A model generated the notes under the pieces. It ran no database searches and was not told where the DNA came from. It was given only the letters and a program-made list of their open reading frames with translations. A stretch of DNA of 64,000 nt from a bacterium (GTDB lineage Bacteria > Patescibacteriota > Microgenomatia > Levybacterales > UBA12049), in NCBI GenBank assembly GCA_021791545.1, contig JAJYWL010000016.1, forward strand, positions 9,533 to 73,532. The letters are read 5' to 3'. Made by a program: the position numbers and the translations under genes. This document shows, piece after piece, positions 29,515 to 38,388 of this stretch (the stretch's first letter is position 1; each line of letters begins with the position of its first letter).

Positions 29515-31905
29515 TTAAAGTCTTGCTCTTGTGGCTATCTCACCTTCCAAAGACCTTACTTCTTTTCCGTACTTTAGTCTTGAAAGTTCTTTAACGAGCT
29601 CTGCGACTCGAGGATTCATTAGTGCTTTTTCCTTTGTCATATCTTTAGTAGTGTCCATTGAAAAAGGCGTCATAGGCTCATTTCCTACGATAGTCTTCAC
29701 GTAAGCGTTAAATACGTCTATATTTATTAGATCAGCCTCGGAGAACGTAGGCTGGAACTCATGTTGGAGATAATTTGCATCGGTTACACCAACTCTAAAT
29801 GAAGCCAAAGTTCCTACGTTTCCAAATATGGCGTTTTTTACCTCTTCATCCATCTGTCCTATAAACTGATTCGCGACGATAAGATTGAGTCTATATTTTC
29901 TTGCCTCGGAAAGTATCTGGGCAAAATCCGGAGTTGCAAAGTTTTGGAACTCGTCTACATAAAGATAAAAGTCTTTTCTTTGATCTTGGGGCATGTCTTG
30001 TCTACTCATAGCAGCAACCAAAAGCTTAGGAACTAAAACCAAACCCAAGAAGCTTGCATTCTCCTCCCCTATCTTTCCCTTAGAAAGATTTACGAGAAGA
30101 ATTTTTTGTTCATCCATTACTTTTCTGAAATCAAATGCAGAATGAGATTGCCCAATGATATTTCTCATCATCTTGTTGGTGACGAACCTTCCAAACTTTG
30201 AAACTATATAATCGAGTGTTTCCGACTTATGGAAGTCTGATGTCTGAGCTATCTGATCTGTCCAGTATCTTCTAACGATAGGGTCCTGAACCTTAGGCAA
30301 AAGCTCTTGGACAAAAGAAGCATCTGTTAAAGCCCTTACTACTTCTATGAACGTGCTTCCGGGCTCAGACATTACTGTTAACATTGCGTTTCTTATTGCG
30401 TGTTCAAACCTTGGACCTATGATACCTGTCTTATTAGGATCATAAAGTTTGTACATGAGTCCAACGATTGAAGAAACTATGTAATGTTTTTCTTCTTCGG
30501 TTTGAGCCTCAATCATGTTAAGACCCATTGGTCTTTCGGTATCCGAAGGGTCAAAAAGTATTACATCTTCTGCCCTTTGAGGAGGAATTAACTGAAGTAT
30601 ATCTTCGATCAAATCTCCATGAGGATCGATTACTCCTATTCCCTTCCCGTTATTTATATCCTGGATGATCATCTGTTTCAAAAGTTCTGATTTTCCTACA
30701 CCTGTTTTTCCAATTATGTACATATGTCTTCTTCTATCATCGTCTGCCATATATACAGGTCTTTCCAAGCCCCTATATACGCTTTTACCCAGGTATAGAC
30801 CTTCGCTAGGGATTTGAGCCGGAGCGGGAGCTCTTTTTGAAGTGAGCCAGAAAATATGAGGAGTTGAAACACTTTTATTTGGGAAATGGAAAATCGTAGC
30901 TAATTCTTCACTTGTTAAAACTGAACCTACTCCTCTCATGGGAAGATAGCGATAAACAAAGTCTGTAATAAAACCTCCCTTAAATCTCATGCTCTCTTTT
31001 GTTAATTGATTAGCACCTGAAAATTGCGAGAAACTTGAAACGATATTCTCAAGATGAGCTTCGGCAGCTTCTTTTGTACTTGAAGATACAACGATTCTAA
31101 TGAAGGTGTTAAAGCCGGGCTTCCCTATTTTTCCCTCAACCGCCTCAAGTTCTTTGGCATCTACCGAATATTTGGCTGTTTCCGGATTTGCCTCACTTTT
31201 TTTAGTATTTGAAATAAACTTTCTTCCCTTTTTACTCCAGGAAGAATTAGCACCCGAAATCAATATTTGTATTGCCGCTCCCTCCCCCGGACTCATCTTT
31301 GCAAGAACGGATGTTATTGAAGACATTGGATCTACTGCAAAATCCTTATAGACCTTGATAGGTTTGAAATTTGAATCTTTCAACTTAAGAGAGGCAAAAG
31401 CTACTCTTCCCGTATCGGAAAAGATGTTATATTCATTTCCCAAGATATAACCTTCTTTTGAATCTTTTTCGTCTACGACTCTTATCTCCGCGTCCGGATA
31501 AGCTCCGTTTATCTGTTTTTCTACAAAATCCCTATATTTGTTCGGGGTATTTACATAAAAACGGATATCTCCCGGCATACCTACAATTTCAAAAGAAAGG
31601 TGTGGAGGAAGTTTTAAGAAAGAAAACATTCCGCTTCCTCCTTTTATAGAAGCAAAGCTTGCAAAAAGCTGTTCTGCGGTATCTATTTTTACCTCATTAT
31701 CCCTCGGAACACTTATCTGTAAAAGGGTGGAATCCAATGACTGTCTTTCCCTATCCCTGTTTCTATACCAAATAGAAAATACATAACCAAGGCCAATAAA
31801 GATTACTGCCAAGAAAGCCACGACAAGAGTGACAACAATAATTGCAAAAAACAATGCGTTCAATGCTGCCAACGGATCTACCATAAATGACGATGATGTA
31901 TTCAT
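29515..31905 (-). CDS. Membrane-anchored P-loop ATPase of the VirD4/TraG/TraD coupling-protein (HerA-FtsK) class, with a novel roughly 380-aa N-terminal domain
   Basis: N-terminal transmembrane helix, Walker A YIIGKTGVGKSELL, and a Walker B/TraM-recognition-like segment FYLYVDEFQNFATPDFAQILSEARKYRLNLIVANQFIGQM. The region before the ATPase has no recognisable motif. Confidence 0.6.
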   Translation of the reverse strand: MNTSSSFMVDPLAALNALFFAIIVVTLVVAFLAVIFIGLGYVFSIWYRNRDRERQSLDSTLLQISVPRDNEVKIDTAEQLFASFASIKGGSGMFSFLKLPPHLSFEIVGMPGDIRFYVNTPNKYRDFVEKQINGAYPDAEIRVVDEKDSKEGYILGNEYNIFSDTGRVAFASLKLKDSNFKPIKVYKDFAVDPMSSITSVLAKMSPGEGAAIQILISGANSSWSKKGRKFISNTKKSEANPETAKYSVDAKELEAVEGKIGKPGFNTFIRIVVSSSTKEAAEAHLENIVSSFSQFSGANQLTKESMRFKGGFITDFVYRYLPMRGVGSVLTSEELATIFHFPNKSVSTPHIFWLTSKRAPAPAQIPSEGLYLGKSVYRGLERPVYMADDDRRRHMYIIGKTGVGKSELLKQMIIQDINNGKGIGVIDPHGDLIEDILQLIPPQRAEDVILFDPSDTERPMGLNMIEAQTEEEKHYIVSSIVGLMYKLYDPNKTGIIGPRFEHAIRNAMLTVMSEPGSTFIEVVRALTDASFVQELLPKVQDPIVRRYWTDQIAQTSDFHKSETLDYIVSKFGRFVTNKMMRNIIGQSHSAFDFRKVMDEQKILLVNLSKGKIGEENASFLGLVLVPKLLVAAMSRQDMPQDQRKDFYLYVDEFQNFATPDFAQILSEARKYRLNLIVANQFIGQMDEEVKNAIFGNVGTLASFRVGVTDANYLQHEFQPTFSEADLINIDVFNAYVKTIVGNEPMTPFSMDTTKDMTKEKALMNPRVAELVKELSRLKYGKEVRSLEGEIATRARL

Positions 31906-31907
31906 AT

Positions 31908-32306
31908 TTATTTTATAAGGCCCAAAAGCCTATCCAAAACCTTTATTCTTAAAACCGCAAACCAAGTAGAAGCAAGTGATTTATCTCCTTTTGCGAGCTC
32001 CTTAGCCTCACTTTCCTCCTTTATTATATCCTCTCTTGTCATCCCATTAAGGTTTGGCATGGTAACAGATGGAGCATGTTCGACCAAGCCTTCATGAGTA
32101 TCATCAAGACTGGCTCTTGTCTCGTTTACTTTTATTATTTCCTTTAATTCATCCTTTATCTGAGGCTCTGTTTCCTCCGTAGTTGAAGGTCTTACTAAAG
32201 GTTCGGGTGAAGTTCTTGTCTCTAAAGGAGCACCCTCTTTACTTATTGAAGGTACTGAAACTTGATTATTAGCATTTTGTGTATCATTTTGAGCTTGGGC
32301 ATCCAT
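31908..32306 (-). CDS. Hypothetical acidic protein, co-transcribed with the T4CP-like ATPase
   Basis: 132 aa, Glu/Asp/Thr-rich, with a 2-nt gap to the downstream ATPase gene. Confidence 0.45.
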   Translation of the reverse strand: MDAQAQNDTQNANNQVSVPSISKEGAPLETRTSPEPLVRPSTTEETEPQIKDELKEIIKVNETRASLDDTHEGLVEHAPSVTMPNLNGMTREDIIKEESEAKELAKGDKSLASTWFAVLRIKVLDRLLGLIK

Positions 32307-32375
32307 AGGTTAATAATAACATTATTGACTTTAAAGGACAATTAAATTTAGATTACAAAAACCTAACAAAGTAAC

Positions 32376-33461
32376 TTAAGCGCAGGCTTCTCCACCGTCT
32401 TCGGCAAATTCTTCTTTTGTTAAATGACATGATGGACATTCGTTTCCGACGGGACCGGTTGCATGATAATCGCATTTGGGACAGACAAACCATTCGCTTT
32501 CCGACTCTCCTTTTGCTCCAGAACCTAAATTAGGTCTCAAACCCCTAAAAATATTAGGACTTTGTAAGCCTCCACCCAAACCACAACTTCCCTTAGTAGG
32601 AGGTGGTGCTTGATTATATCTCGATTCTTTCATTGCTTCTGAAAGCTCTAGTTCTTTATGATCAAGATAGACTACGTTTTCGTTTTCTTCTCCCTCAAGT
32701 CTTCTTCTGAGCTCAATTGCCATATTTTCTATGGCGTTTCTTGCTATTCCTCCTCTTCCCTCTCTTACTAATCTTGGAAATTCTTCAATTGCTCTTTTAA
32801 GTTTTCTAATTGATGCTTCAAATATTTCTCTACTCTTTGCCGACTTAATCTCAAAATTTCCGTGTATAAACTCATTTACTTTATCCTCATCTACATCTAT
32901 AACTCTTGGATTTCTTAAATAACCTTCGGCATCATCGTACTCTTCCCCAGTTAAGGATCTACTTGCTTTATTAAAATCTGCGATATTAGGATCCTCAAGT
33001 CTGATTGCAGTCATTTTTAACTTTTCTCCATCTAATTTTCCTGTAAAACCAAATCCGTAATCACCGTATCCAAGCTCTTTTGGACCAGTAGGACTAAACC
33101 AAACAACTGTTCCGGTTGGATTTTCTATCAACTGTCTTCCGAGGCTTCTCATTCCCAAATATTCTGCTTCTTCTCTTGAAGTATCGAGTCCTTGTTCTTC
33201 TCTTTCCCTAATTGCTCTCTTTGACTTTAGAGCCATTGATTCACCGCTTACCGGATCGACAATTTCTCCAGCTCTAAATCCAAGTTCATATTGAAAATCA
33301 GATACTTCAAACCTATATTCTCCAAGATATGAAACCATATCATCTATGATTTGCTGATCGCTTGCCCATTCATAAAACTCGACATTGAACGCCTGGGGGA
33401 GATTTTCTCCTCTCTTATTTCCTATAACTTGATATTCTCTTTCCATAAAAAAACTCCTCAC
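32376..33461 (-). CDS. Hypothetical protein with a C-terminal zinc ribbon
   Basis: 361-aa ORF. The C-terminus carries CPKCDYH...CPSCH after a Gly-rich linker. It is first in the apparent three-gene unit. Confidence 0.45.
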   Translation of the reverse strand: MRSFFMEREYQVIGNKRGENLPQAFNVEFYEWASDQQIIDDMVSYLGEYRFEVSDFQYELGFRAGEIVDPVSGESMALKSKRAIREREEQGLDTSREEAEYLGMRSLGRQLIENPTGTVVWFSPTGPKELGYGDYGFGFTGKLDGEKLKMTAIRLEDPNIADFNKASRSLTGEEYDDAEGYLRNPRVIDVDEDKVNEFIHGNFEIKSAKSREIFEASIRKLKRAIEEFPRLVREGRGGIARNAIENMAIELRRRLEGEENENVVYLDHKELELSEAMKESRYNQAPPPTKGSCGLGGGLQSPNIFRGLRPNLGSGAKGESESEWFVCPKCDYHATGPVGNECPSCHLTKEEFAEDGGEACA

Positions 33462-33569
33462 TTCCGAGGAGTTGTATTACAAAAATACACTTCTGCTCGG
33501 AAGATTTCCAACGGGGCTCTGACTTTACAGTTGCGGCACAGTATCGGAATTACACCGAATTCACCCGAT

Positions 33570-34106
33570 TTATCTAGACCAAATGTTTTCTTTTTTCTTT
33601 TCCTTAAAGTTTATATACCTTGCAAAAGTAAACAAAAGGTCTGATAGCCTATTAATATATACCAGAATCTCTTCGTTGACAACATCATGTTCTGAAAGTC
33701 CTACAATTCTTCTCTCTGCTCTTCTTGCTATCGTCCTTGACAGATGTAAAAGTGAGCCTGTCTCTCCTCCCCCCGGAAGAATGAAGTTTTCAAGTTCCGG
33801 AAGCTTTTTCGTGAGGTTATCTATAATTTTTTCAAATTCTTTTACTCTTTCTAGGAAATATTTTTTCTCTTCTTTTTTAAGAGACGGTCTTGCAATAATT
33901 GCCCCTATTTCAAAGATATCTTTTTGTATTTTCAGAAGCTCTTCTTTTATCTTTTTGTCTTTAATTCTTGCGACAACAACACCCAAAGAACTATTGAGTT
34001 CATCCAGATTTCCGCAAGTTTCGATACGGGGGTCTGTTTTTGAAACCGTCATTCCTCCGAAAAGCGAAGTATTTCCTTTGTCTCCAAATCTTGTATATAC
34101 GCTCAT
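33570..34106 (-). CDS. pduO: ATP:cob(I)alamin adenosyltransferase, PduO/MMAB type
   Basis: MSVYTRFGDKGNTSLFGG...DPRIETCGNLDELNS matches the PduO-type adenosyltransferase N-terminal signature. Confidence 0.8.
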   Translation of the reverse strand: MSVYTRFGDKGNTSLFGGMTVSKTDPRIETCGNLDELNSSLGVVVARIKDKKIKEELLKIQKDIFEIGAIIARPSLKKEEKKYFLERVKEFEKIIDNLTKKLPELENFILPGGGETGSLLHLSRTIARRAERRIVGLSEHDVVNEEILVYINRLSDLLFTFARYINFKEKKKENIWSR

Positions 34107-34124
34107 TTTAAAAGAGGGTAAAAA

Positions 34125-36542
34125 CTAGCACTTTGAGTAGCCGCAACCATAGCAATGCCTGCAACCTTCTTCATAGGCAAGGCTTGCTGCTCCACACTCG
34201 GGGCAGATATCATAAAGTCCTGTTGAAAGTCCCTCTGTAGGAGAAAGAGTCCCTTGTGGGGTAGCTAATGTTAACTGCTCAAGTTTTACTATTTCTTCCT
34301 TTGTACCTACTGGTTCATCTGCCTTTACGTGAGTCTGTACTCCGTTTGATGAGTGTCCGTTTGAAAGACCGTTAGCAGAAGGTTTATCTTCAACAACGCC
34401 GTTTACTCTGAACTCGAAATGTTTTGAAAGAACCTTTGCTACTGCATCGGGAAGAGACCTTACTCTGTTTTCCCCAAAGCCTACGCTGGTTGCTCCACCT
34501 ATTCCTACCAACTGAGCTACAATCTGTTTTATCTTATCTCTTGGAGTAAGGTGTCCTACCAACCTTAAATTGAGAGAAATCATTCTTCCCAAAGCATCTG
34601 CCATTGCGGTAACATCGGATCCCGATTTTCCTACTGTTATGAATACCTCAAATGGCTCCCTACTCTCGTTATGGTTGATTGTTATAAATGTTTTTCCTAC
34701 AGGTGTTTCTGCCTGATATGTAACTCCTTCAACCATCATTGGTCTTGGCATTACCGGGTTTTTAATAACTTCTGCTTTTGTTTCTTCCTTTTTCTCTTCT
34801 TTTTTATCTTCAATTCTTTCCAAAACACCCTGTCTTGAACCGTCTCTCATATATGTAATCCCTTTAAGGCCCATGTCATATGCCATTTCATAAAGTTTCT
34901 TTACGTCGTCTACCGTGTGAGTTTTAGGAGCATTTACAGTTTTAGATATTGATGAATCTATGTATTCCTGAGCAACTGCCTGGACTTTTACATGTTCCTC
35001 TGGTGTAAGATCGTTTGCCGAGACAAAATATTCCGGTCTTTTTTCATTTGGATGGGCATTTTTCCATTCGTCAAAAAGAGGATGGTAAACAAGGTGTTCT
35101 CCCAATCTGTCTCTTCTTTTGAATTCGAATTCATATACCGGCTCTATTCCTGAAGAAACTCCGGCCAAAAGTCCCGTAGATCCTGTAGGAGCAATTGTTA
35201 ATAAGACTGCATTTCTTATCCCCTGTTTTGCGATTTTTTCTCTTACTTCTTTAGGAAGCTGTTTTATATACCAACCTTTAAGATATTTTTCTTTATTATA
35301 TTTAGGGAATGAACCTTTCTCTTTTGCGATGTCCGCTGAAGATGTATACGCGTTGTCTCTTAATGTCCTGAACATTTTGTCGATTATTTTAAGAGACTCT
35401 TCGGAACCGTATTTTACTTCCATTTTTATAAGAGCATCTGCAAGACCTAGTATTCCAAGACCCTGTCTTCTTATATCCTTTGCTACTTTCTCGTTTTCTT
35501 TAATGAAGTAATTTGTATCGTCTATTACGTCATCAAGGAATCTTACTGCAACCTGGACATCTTTTCCGAATGCTTCATAATCGAATTTTTTATCTTTTAC
35601 ATATACTGCCAGGTTCATCGCACCGAGGTTACATACCGCCCATGGAGATAGTGGCTGTTCTCCGCAAGGATTTGTTGCTACGAGTCTTTCAAAATAATAT
35701 GTGTTTGATCTTTTGTTGCTTCTGTCTAAGAAATGGAGTCCTGGTTCTGCGCTTCTCCATGCAGCTTCACAAATGAGATTCCATTGTTCTCTTGCTTTAA
35801 CTGTTTTATATTTTTTTACTTTTCCTCCCAGTTTTTTCCATTCGACCAAATCTCCCGTCCATTTTTTATCGTATTTTGGATCGTCTAAATCTGCATACTC
35901 TAAATCCCAATCCGCATCTTTCTTGACCGCTTCCATAAAGTCGTCGGAGACGCAGACAGAAAGATTTGCTCCGTTAAGTTTGGTTAAATCCTGTTTTGTT
36001 GTTATGAATTCCTCGATATCAGGATGCCAGTCATGAAGCATCAACATTAAAGCTCCTCTTCTTGATCCACCCTGCTGGATAATATCTTTTGTTGCTGTCG
36101 AATAAAGCTCTGCCCAATTCAAAGGTCCGGAGGAAAAGCCGTTAACTTTCTTGACCCTTGCTCCTCTTGGTCTTAGGGACGACAAATTAACTCCTACTCC
36201 TCCCCCGTGGGCCATAATTTCAATCATTTGAGACAGATTTTCCATTATTCCGCCTCGAGAGTCGGGAGGATTAGGAATTACAAAGCAGTTATAATAAGTC
36301 ATGTCAAAGCCTGTTCCTGCGCCTGATAATATTCTTCCACCGGGGACAAATTTGAAGTCTTGCATCAATTCATAGAATTTCTTCTCCCATTTCTTTCTTA
36401 CTGCAGGTTTTTCAACTCCCGCAATTCCCTTGGCAACTCTTTGCCACATTTCTTCGGGAGTTTTTTCAATAGGATTTCCCTTTATATCTTTTAATGAGTA
36501 TCTGTCTAAAAATACTTTTTGTCTTAAACCTGTTAGTTCCAT
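34125..36542 (-). CDS. nrdJ: Adenosylcobalamin-dependent ribonucleotide reductase (class II)
   Basis: Active-site motifs VATNPCGEQPLSPWAVCNLGAMNL, the expected size for a monomeric class II RNR (805 aa), and a C-terminal Cys-rich zinc ribbon CPECG...CRHCYGCG. Confidence 0.85.
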   Translation of the reverse strand: MELTGLRQKVFLDRYSLKDIKGNPIEKTPEEMWQRVAKGIAGVEKPAVRKKWEKKFYELMQDFKFVPGGRILSGAGTGFDMTYYNCFVIPNPPDSRGGIMENLSQMIEIMAHGGGVGVNLSSLRPRGARVKKVNGFSSGPLNWAELYSTATKDIIQQGGSRRGALMLMLHDWHPDIEEFITTKQDLTKLNGANLSVCVSDDFMEAVKKDADWDLEYADLDDPKYDKKWTGDLVEWKKLGGKVKKYKTVKAREQWNLICEAAWRSAEPGLHFLDRSNKRSNTYYFERLVATNPCGEQPLSPWAVCNLGAMNLAVYVKDKKFDYEAFGKDVQVAVRFLDDVIDDTNYFIKENEKVAKDIRRQGLGILGLADALIKMEVKYGSEESLKIIDKMFRTLRDNAYTSSADIAKEKGSFPKYNKEKYLKGWYIKQLPKEVREKIAKQGIRNAVLLTIAPTGSTGLLAGVSSGIEPVYEFEFKRRDRLGEHLVYHPLFDEWKNAHPNEKRPEYFVSANDLTPEEHVKVQAVAQEYIDSSISKTVNAPKTHTVDDVKKLYEMAYDMGLKGITYMRDGSRQGVLERIEDKKEEKKEETKAEVIKNPVMPRPMMVEGVTYQAETPVGKTFITINHNESREPFEVFITVGKSGSDVTAMADALGRMISLNLRLVGHLTPRDKIKQIVAQLVGIGGATSVGFGENRVRSLPDAVAKVLSKHFEFRVNGVVEDKPSANGLSNGHSSNGVQTHVKADEPVGTKEEIVKLEQLTLATPQGTLSPTEGLSTGLYDICPECGAASLAYEEGCRHCYGCGYSKC

Positions 36543-36545
36543 AAT

Positions 36546-36995
36546 TTATTTAATTAATCTTTTTACTTCTTTCTCAAAATCTTCTACATCTACAAACCTT
36601 TTAAATACGCTCGAAAATCTTATATATGCCACTTTGTCTAACTTTTTAAGTCTTGTCGAAACCATTTGTCCTATCTTGTTACTTCCCACTTCGACTCCTG
36701 ATTCCGACCTTAATTCCCTTTCTATCTCCGAGACAATTCTTTCTATCTGATCAAGAGAAATTTTGGTTTTCTCGCAAGATCTTATTATTCCGTTTTTTAG
36801 CTTGTCTCTATTAAACTGTTCTCTTCTTCCGTCTTTTTTTATTACTACTAGATTGACGTTTTCAACTCTTTCATAAGTAGTAAATCTTTTTTCGCATTTG
36901 AGACAAGCTCTTCTTCTTCTAATAGTCTCTAAATCTTCGCTGTCTCTTGTCTCGACTACTTCTGTTTCTGTACTTCCGCAATATGGACACTTCAT
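36546..36995 (-). CDS. nrdR: Transcriptional repressor NrdR
   Basis: MKCPYCGSTETEVVETRDSED...RRRRACLKCEKRFTTYE, a zinc ribbon followed by an ATP-cone. Confidence 0.9.
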   Translation of the reverse strand: MKCPYCGSTETEVVETRDSEDLETIRRRRACLKCEKRFTTYERVENVNLVVIKKDGRREQFNRDKLKNGIIRSCEKTKISLDQIERIVSEIERELRSESGVEVGSNKIGQMVSTRLKKLDKVAYIRFSSVFKRFVDVEDFEKEVKRLIK

Positions 36996-37040
36996 ATCTT
37001 TTTGCCTACGTCTAGCATTCGATCTTGTACTTATTGCTAA

Positions 37041-37056
37041 ACGCTAGATATAGTGC
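37041..37056 (-). promoter_or_regulatory. Candidate NrdR box (proximal) overlapping the nrdR transcription start
   Basis: The minus strand reads GCACTATATCTAGCGT. It matches the published NrdR-box consensus acaCwAtATaTwGtgt at 13 of 16 positions and sits immediately downstream of a TATGAT -10. Confidence 0.45.
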
Positions 37057-37064
37057 CAAGACAA

Positions 37065-37093
37065 ATCATAGAACCCTAGGACTAGGGTGTCAA
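37065..37093 (-). promoter_or_regulatory. Candidate sigma70 promoter of nrdR-nrdJ-pduO with a perfect palindrome in the spacer (distal NrdR-box candidate, 37073..37088)
   Basis: The minus strand reads TTGACA, a 17-nt spacer CCCTAGTCCTAGGGTTC, then TATGAT. The palindrome ACCCTAG..CTAGGGT lies centre to centre 32 bp from the proximal box, the usual tandem NrdR-box spacing. Confidence 0.4.
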
Positions 37094-37259
37094 CTATAAA
37101 TAAATATATCAAAAATAGTCAACTTATTTTTTAGCCTCAAATTTTTATCCATTTAAAAAATTTGTCTAAAAAGAATATAAAAGGTAATCTATCTAAAAAG
37201 AGCGGCTCTTTTTTGTGGATAAAAAAGATATCCAAAGTAGCAGAAATAAAGCCTTTTAT

Positions 37260-37766
37260 CTATCTAAACTGTTCAGTATTTTTTACAAGATCTTCTACTC
37301 TTTTCTCTTCATTCTGCAGGTTTTTCTTTACATCTCCGTTTGTTTTGGAAATTAGATCTTTTATTACTTCCTGATGTTTTTTTGCTGCAGTTTCTAATGT
37401 ACTTTTGAAACCACTGATATCTTCTCCCTGTTTTTGCGCAACCTTTAAGTTATCGATTGCCATTTCCAAATAGTTCTCCCCTTTTGAAATTGTAGATACC
37501 ATCAAGGGATATTTTGAAGAACCTTTAGCAAATAGATATTGTCCGCTTGCAAGCCTTTTATCCGCCTGCAAAAGATCAAACTGAGATTTTTTAAGAGGAT
37601 CCGTGATAAAGAAATTTATTATTTGATCTCTGGCAAGTTTAAGTATATATAGAGGACTATCGGGTAAAAGACCGGGATAAGGTAAAGCATAATCTATTTT
37701 TTGGGCGCTAGCGGCTTGTAGAGGAACAATAAGAAAGAAAAGTAAAATTAATAACAGTTTCTTCAT
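37260..37766 (-). CDS. Secreted hypothetical protein with a signal peptide and coiled coil
   Basis: MKKLLLILLFFLIVPLQAASA leader, then a helical, charged body. Confidence 0.5.
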   Translation of the reverse strand: MKKLLLILLFFLIVPLQAASAQKIDYALPYPGLLPDSPLYILKLARDQIINFFITDPLKKSQFDLLQADKRLASGQYLFAKGSSKYPLMVSTISKGENYLEMAIDNLKVAQKQGEDISGFKSTLETAAKKHQEVIKDLISKTNGDVKKNLQNEEKRVEDLVKNTEQFR

Positions 37767-37798
37767 AAAGTTAAGTAATTATACACCCACCATTCAAT

Positions 37799-38383
37799 TT
37801 ACTTAACGAAGCCGAGTTTTTCTAAGACATAATCTAGAGTACCTTGCTTAGTCAAAGAATAAGTATTTACCAAAAGATCATAATATTTGGGATCCCAATA
37901 CACCCACTCGGGATCGTTATCTGCATAAAGTCTTCTGTATTTTTCAAGGTTTTTCTGTTCTCTCTCGAGAATTTCTTCTTTTGCTTCGTCTGAAGTTATC
38001 TCATCTCTATTCATTAACCTATCTATCCTTATAGAGGCCTTATCTTCTCCCCTATCGTTCTCGCAAATTAAAAGTATTTTAAATATTCCGTCTATTCCTT
38101 GGGCATCAAAACCTGCAAGATGTGATTGAATTACATAATTATTTTCTTTTTTTAAAAGGTTTTTCAAAAGTTCTTCAAATTCAAGATCAAAAGCATCGGG
38201 TCTTTTATGAGTGTCTTTAATATGTAACCCCTGTTCCTTAACGAATTTTCTTACTATCTGACCTCCATCCAAAACATTCCAATTAAGTGTCTTTGCCAGA
38301 TTATTTGCAAGAGTTGTTTTTCCCGTAGCGATTCTTCCTGAAATAGTAATATTACGTATGTTTTTAATCAAAGGGTTGTCCAT
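37799..38383 (-). CDS. cmk: Cytidylate kinase-like P-loop NMP kinase
   Basis: ITISGRIATGKTTLANNLAK P-loop with NMP-kinase architecture, at 194 aa. Confidence 0.6.
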   Translation of the reverse strand: MDNPLIKNIRNITISGRIATGKTTLANNLAKTLNWNVLDGGQIVRKFVKEQGLHIKDTHKRPDAFDLEFEELLKNLLKKENNYVIQSHLAGFDAQGIDGIFKILLICENDRGEDKASIRIDRLMNRDEITSDEAKEEILEREQKNLEKYRRLYADNDPEWVYWDPKYYDLLVNTYSLTKQGTLDYVLEKLGFVK

Positions 38384-38388
38384 AAAGT

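Noticed and set aside
33583-34128. 181-aa plus-strand ORF overlapping pduO.
   Set aside because: It is antisense to a well-supported PduO-type gene and has a low-complexity Ser/Leu-rich product.
34125-36542. Possible intein in nrdJ (common in class II RNRs).
   Set aside because: The 805-aa length is normal for monomeric NrdJ. Catalytic motifs are contiguous, and there is no Cys/Ser...His-Asn intein boundary signature or large insertion.
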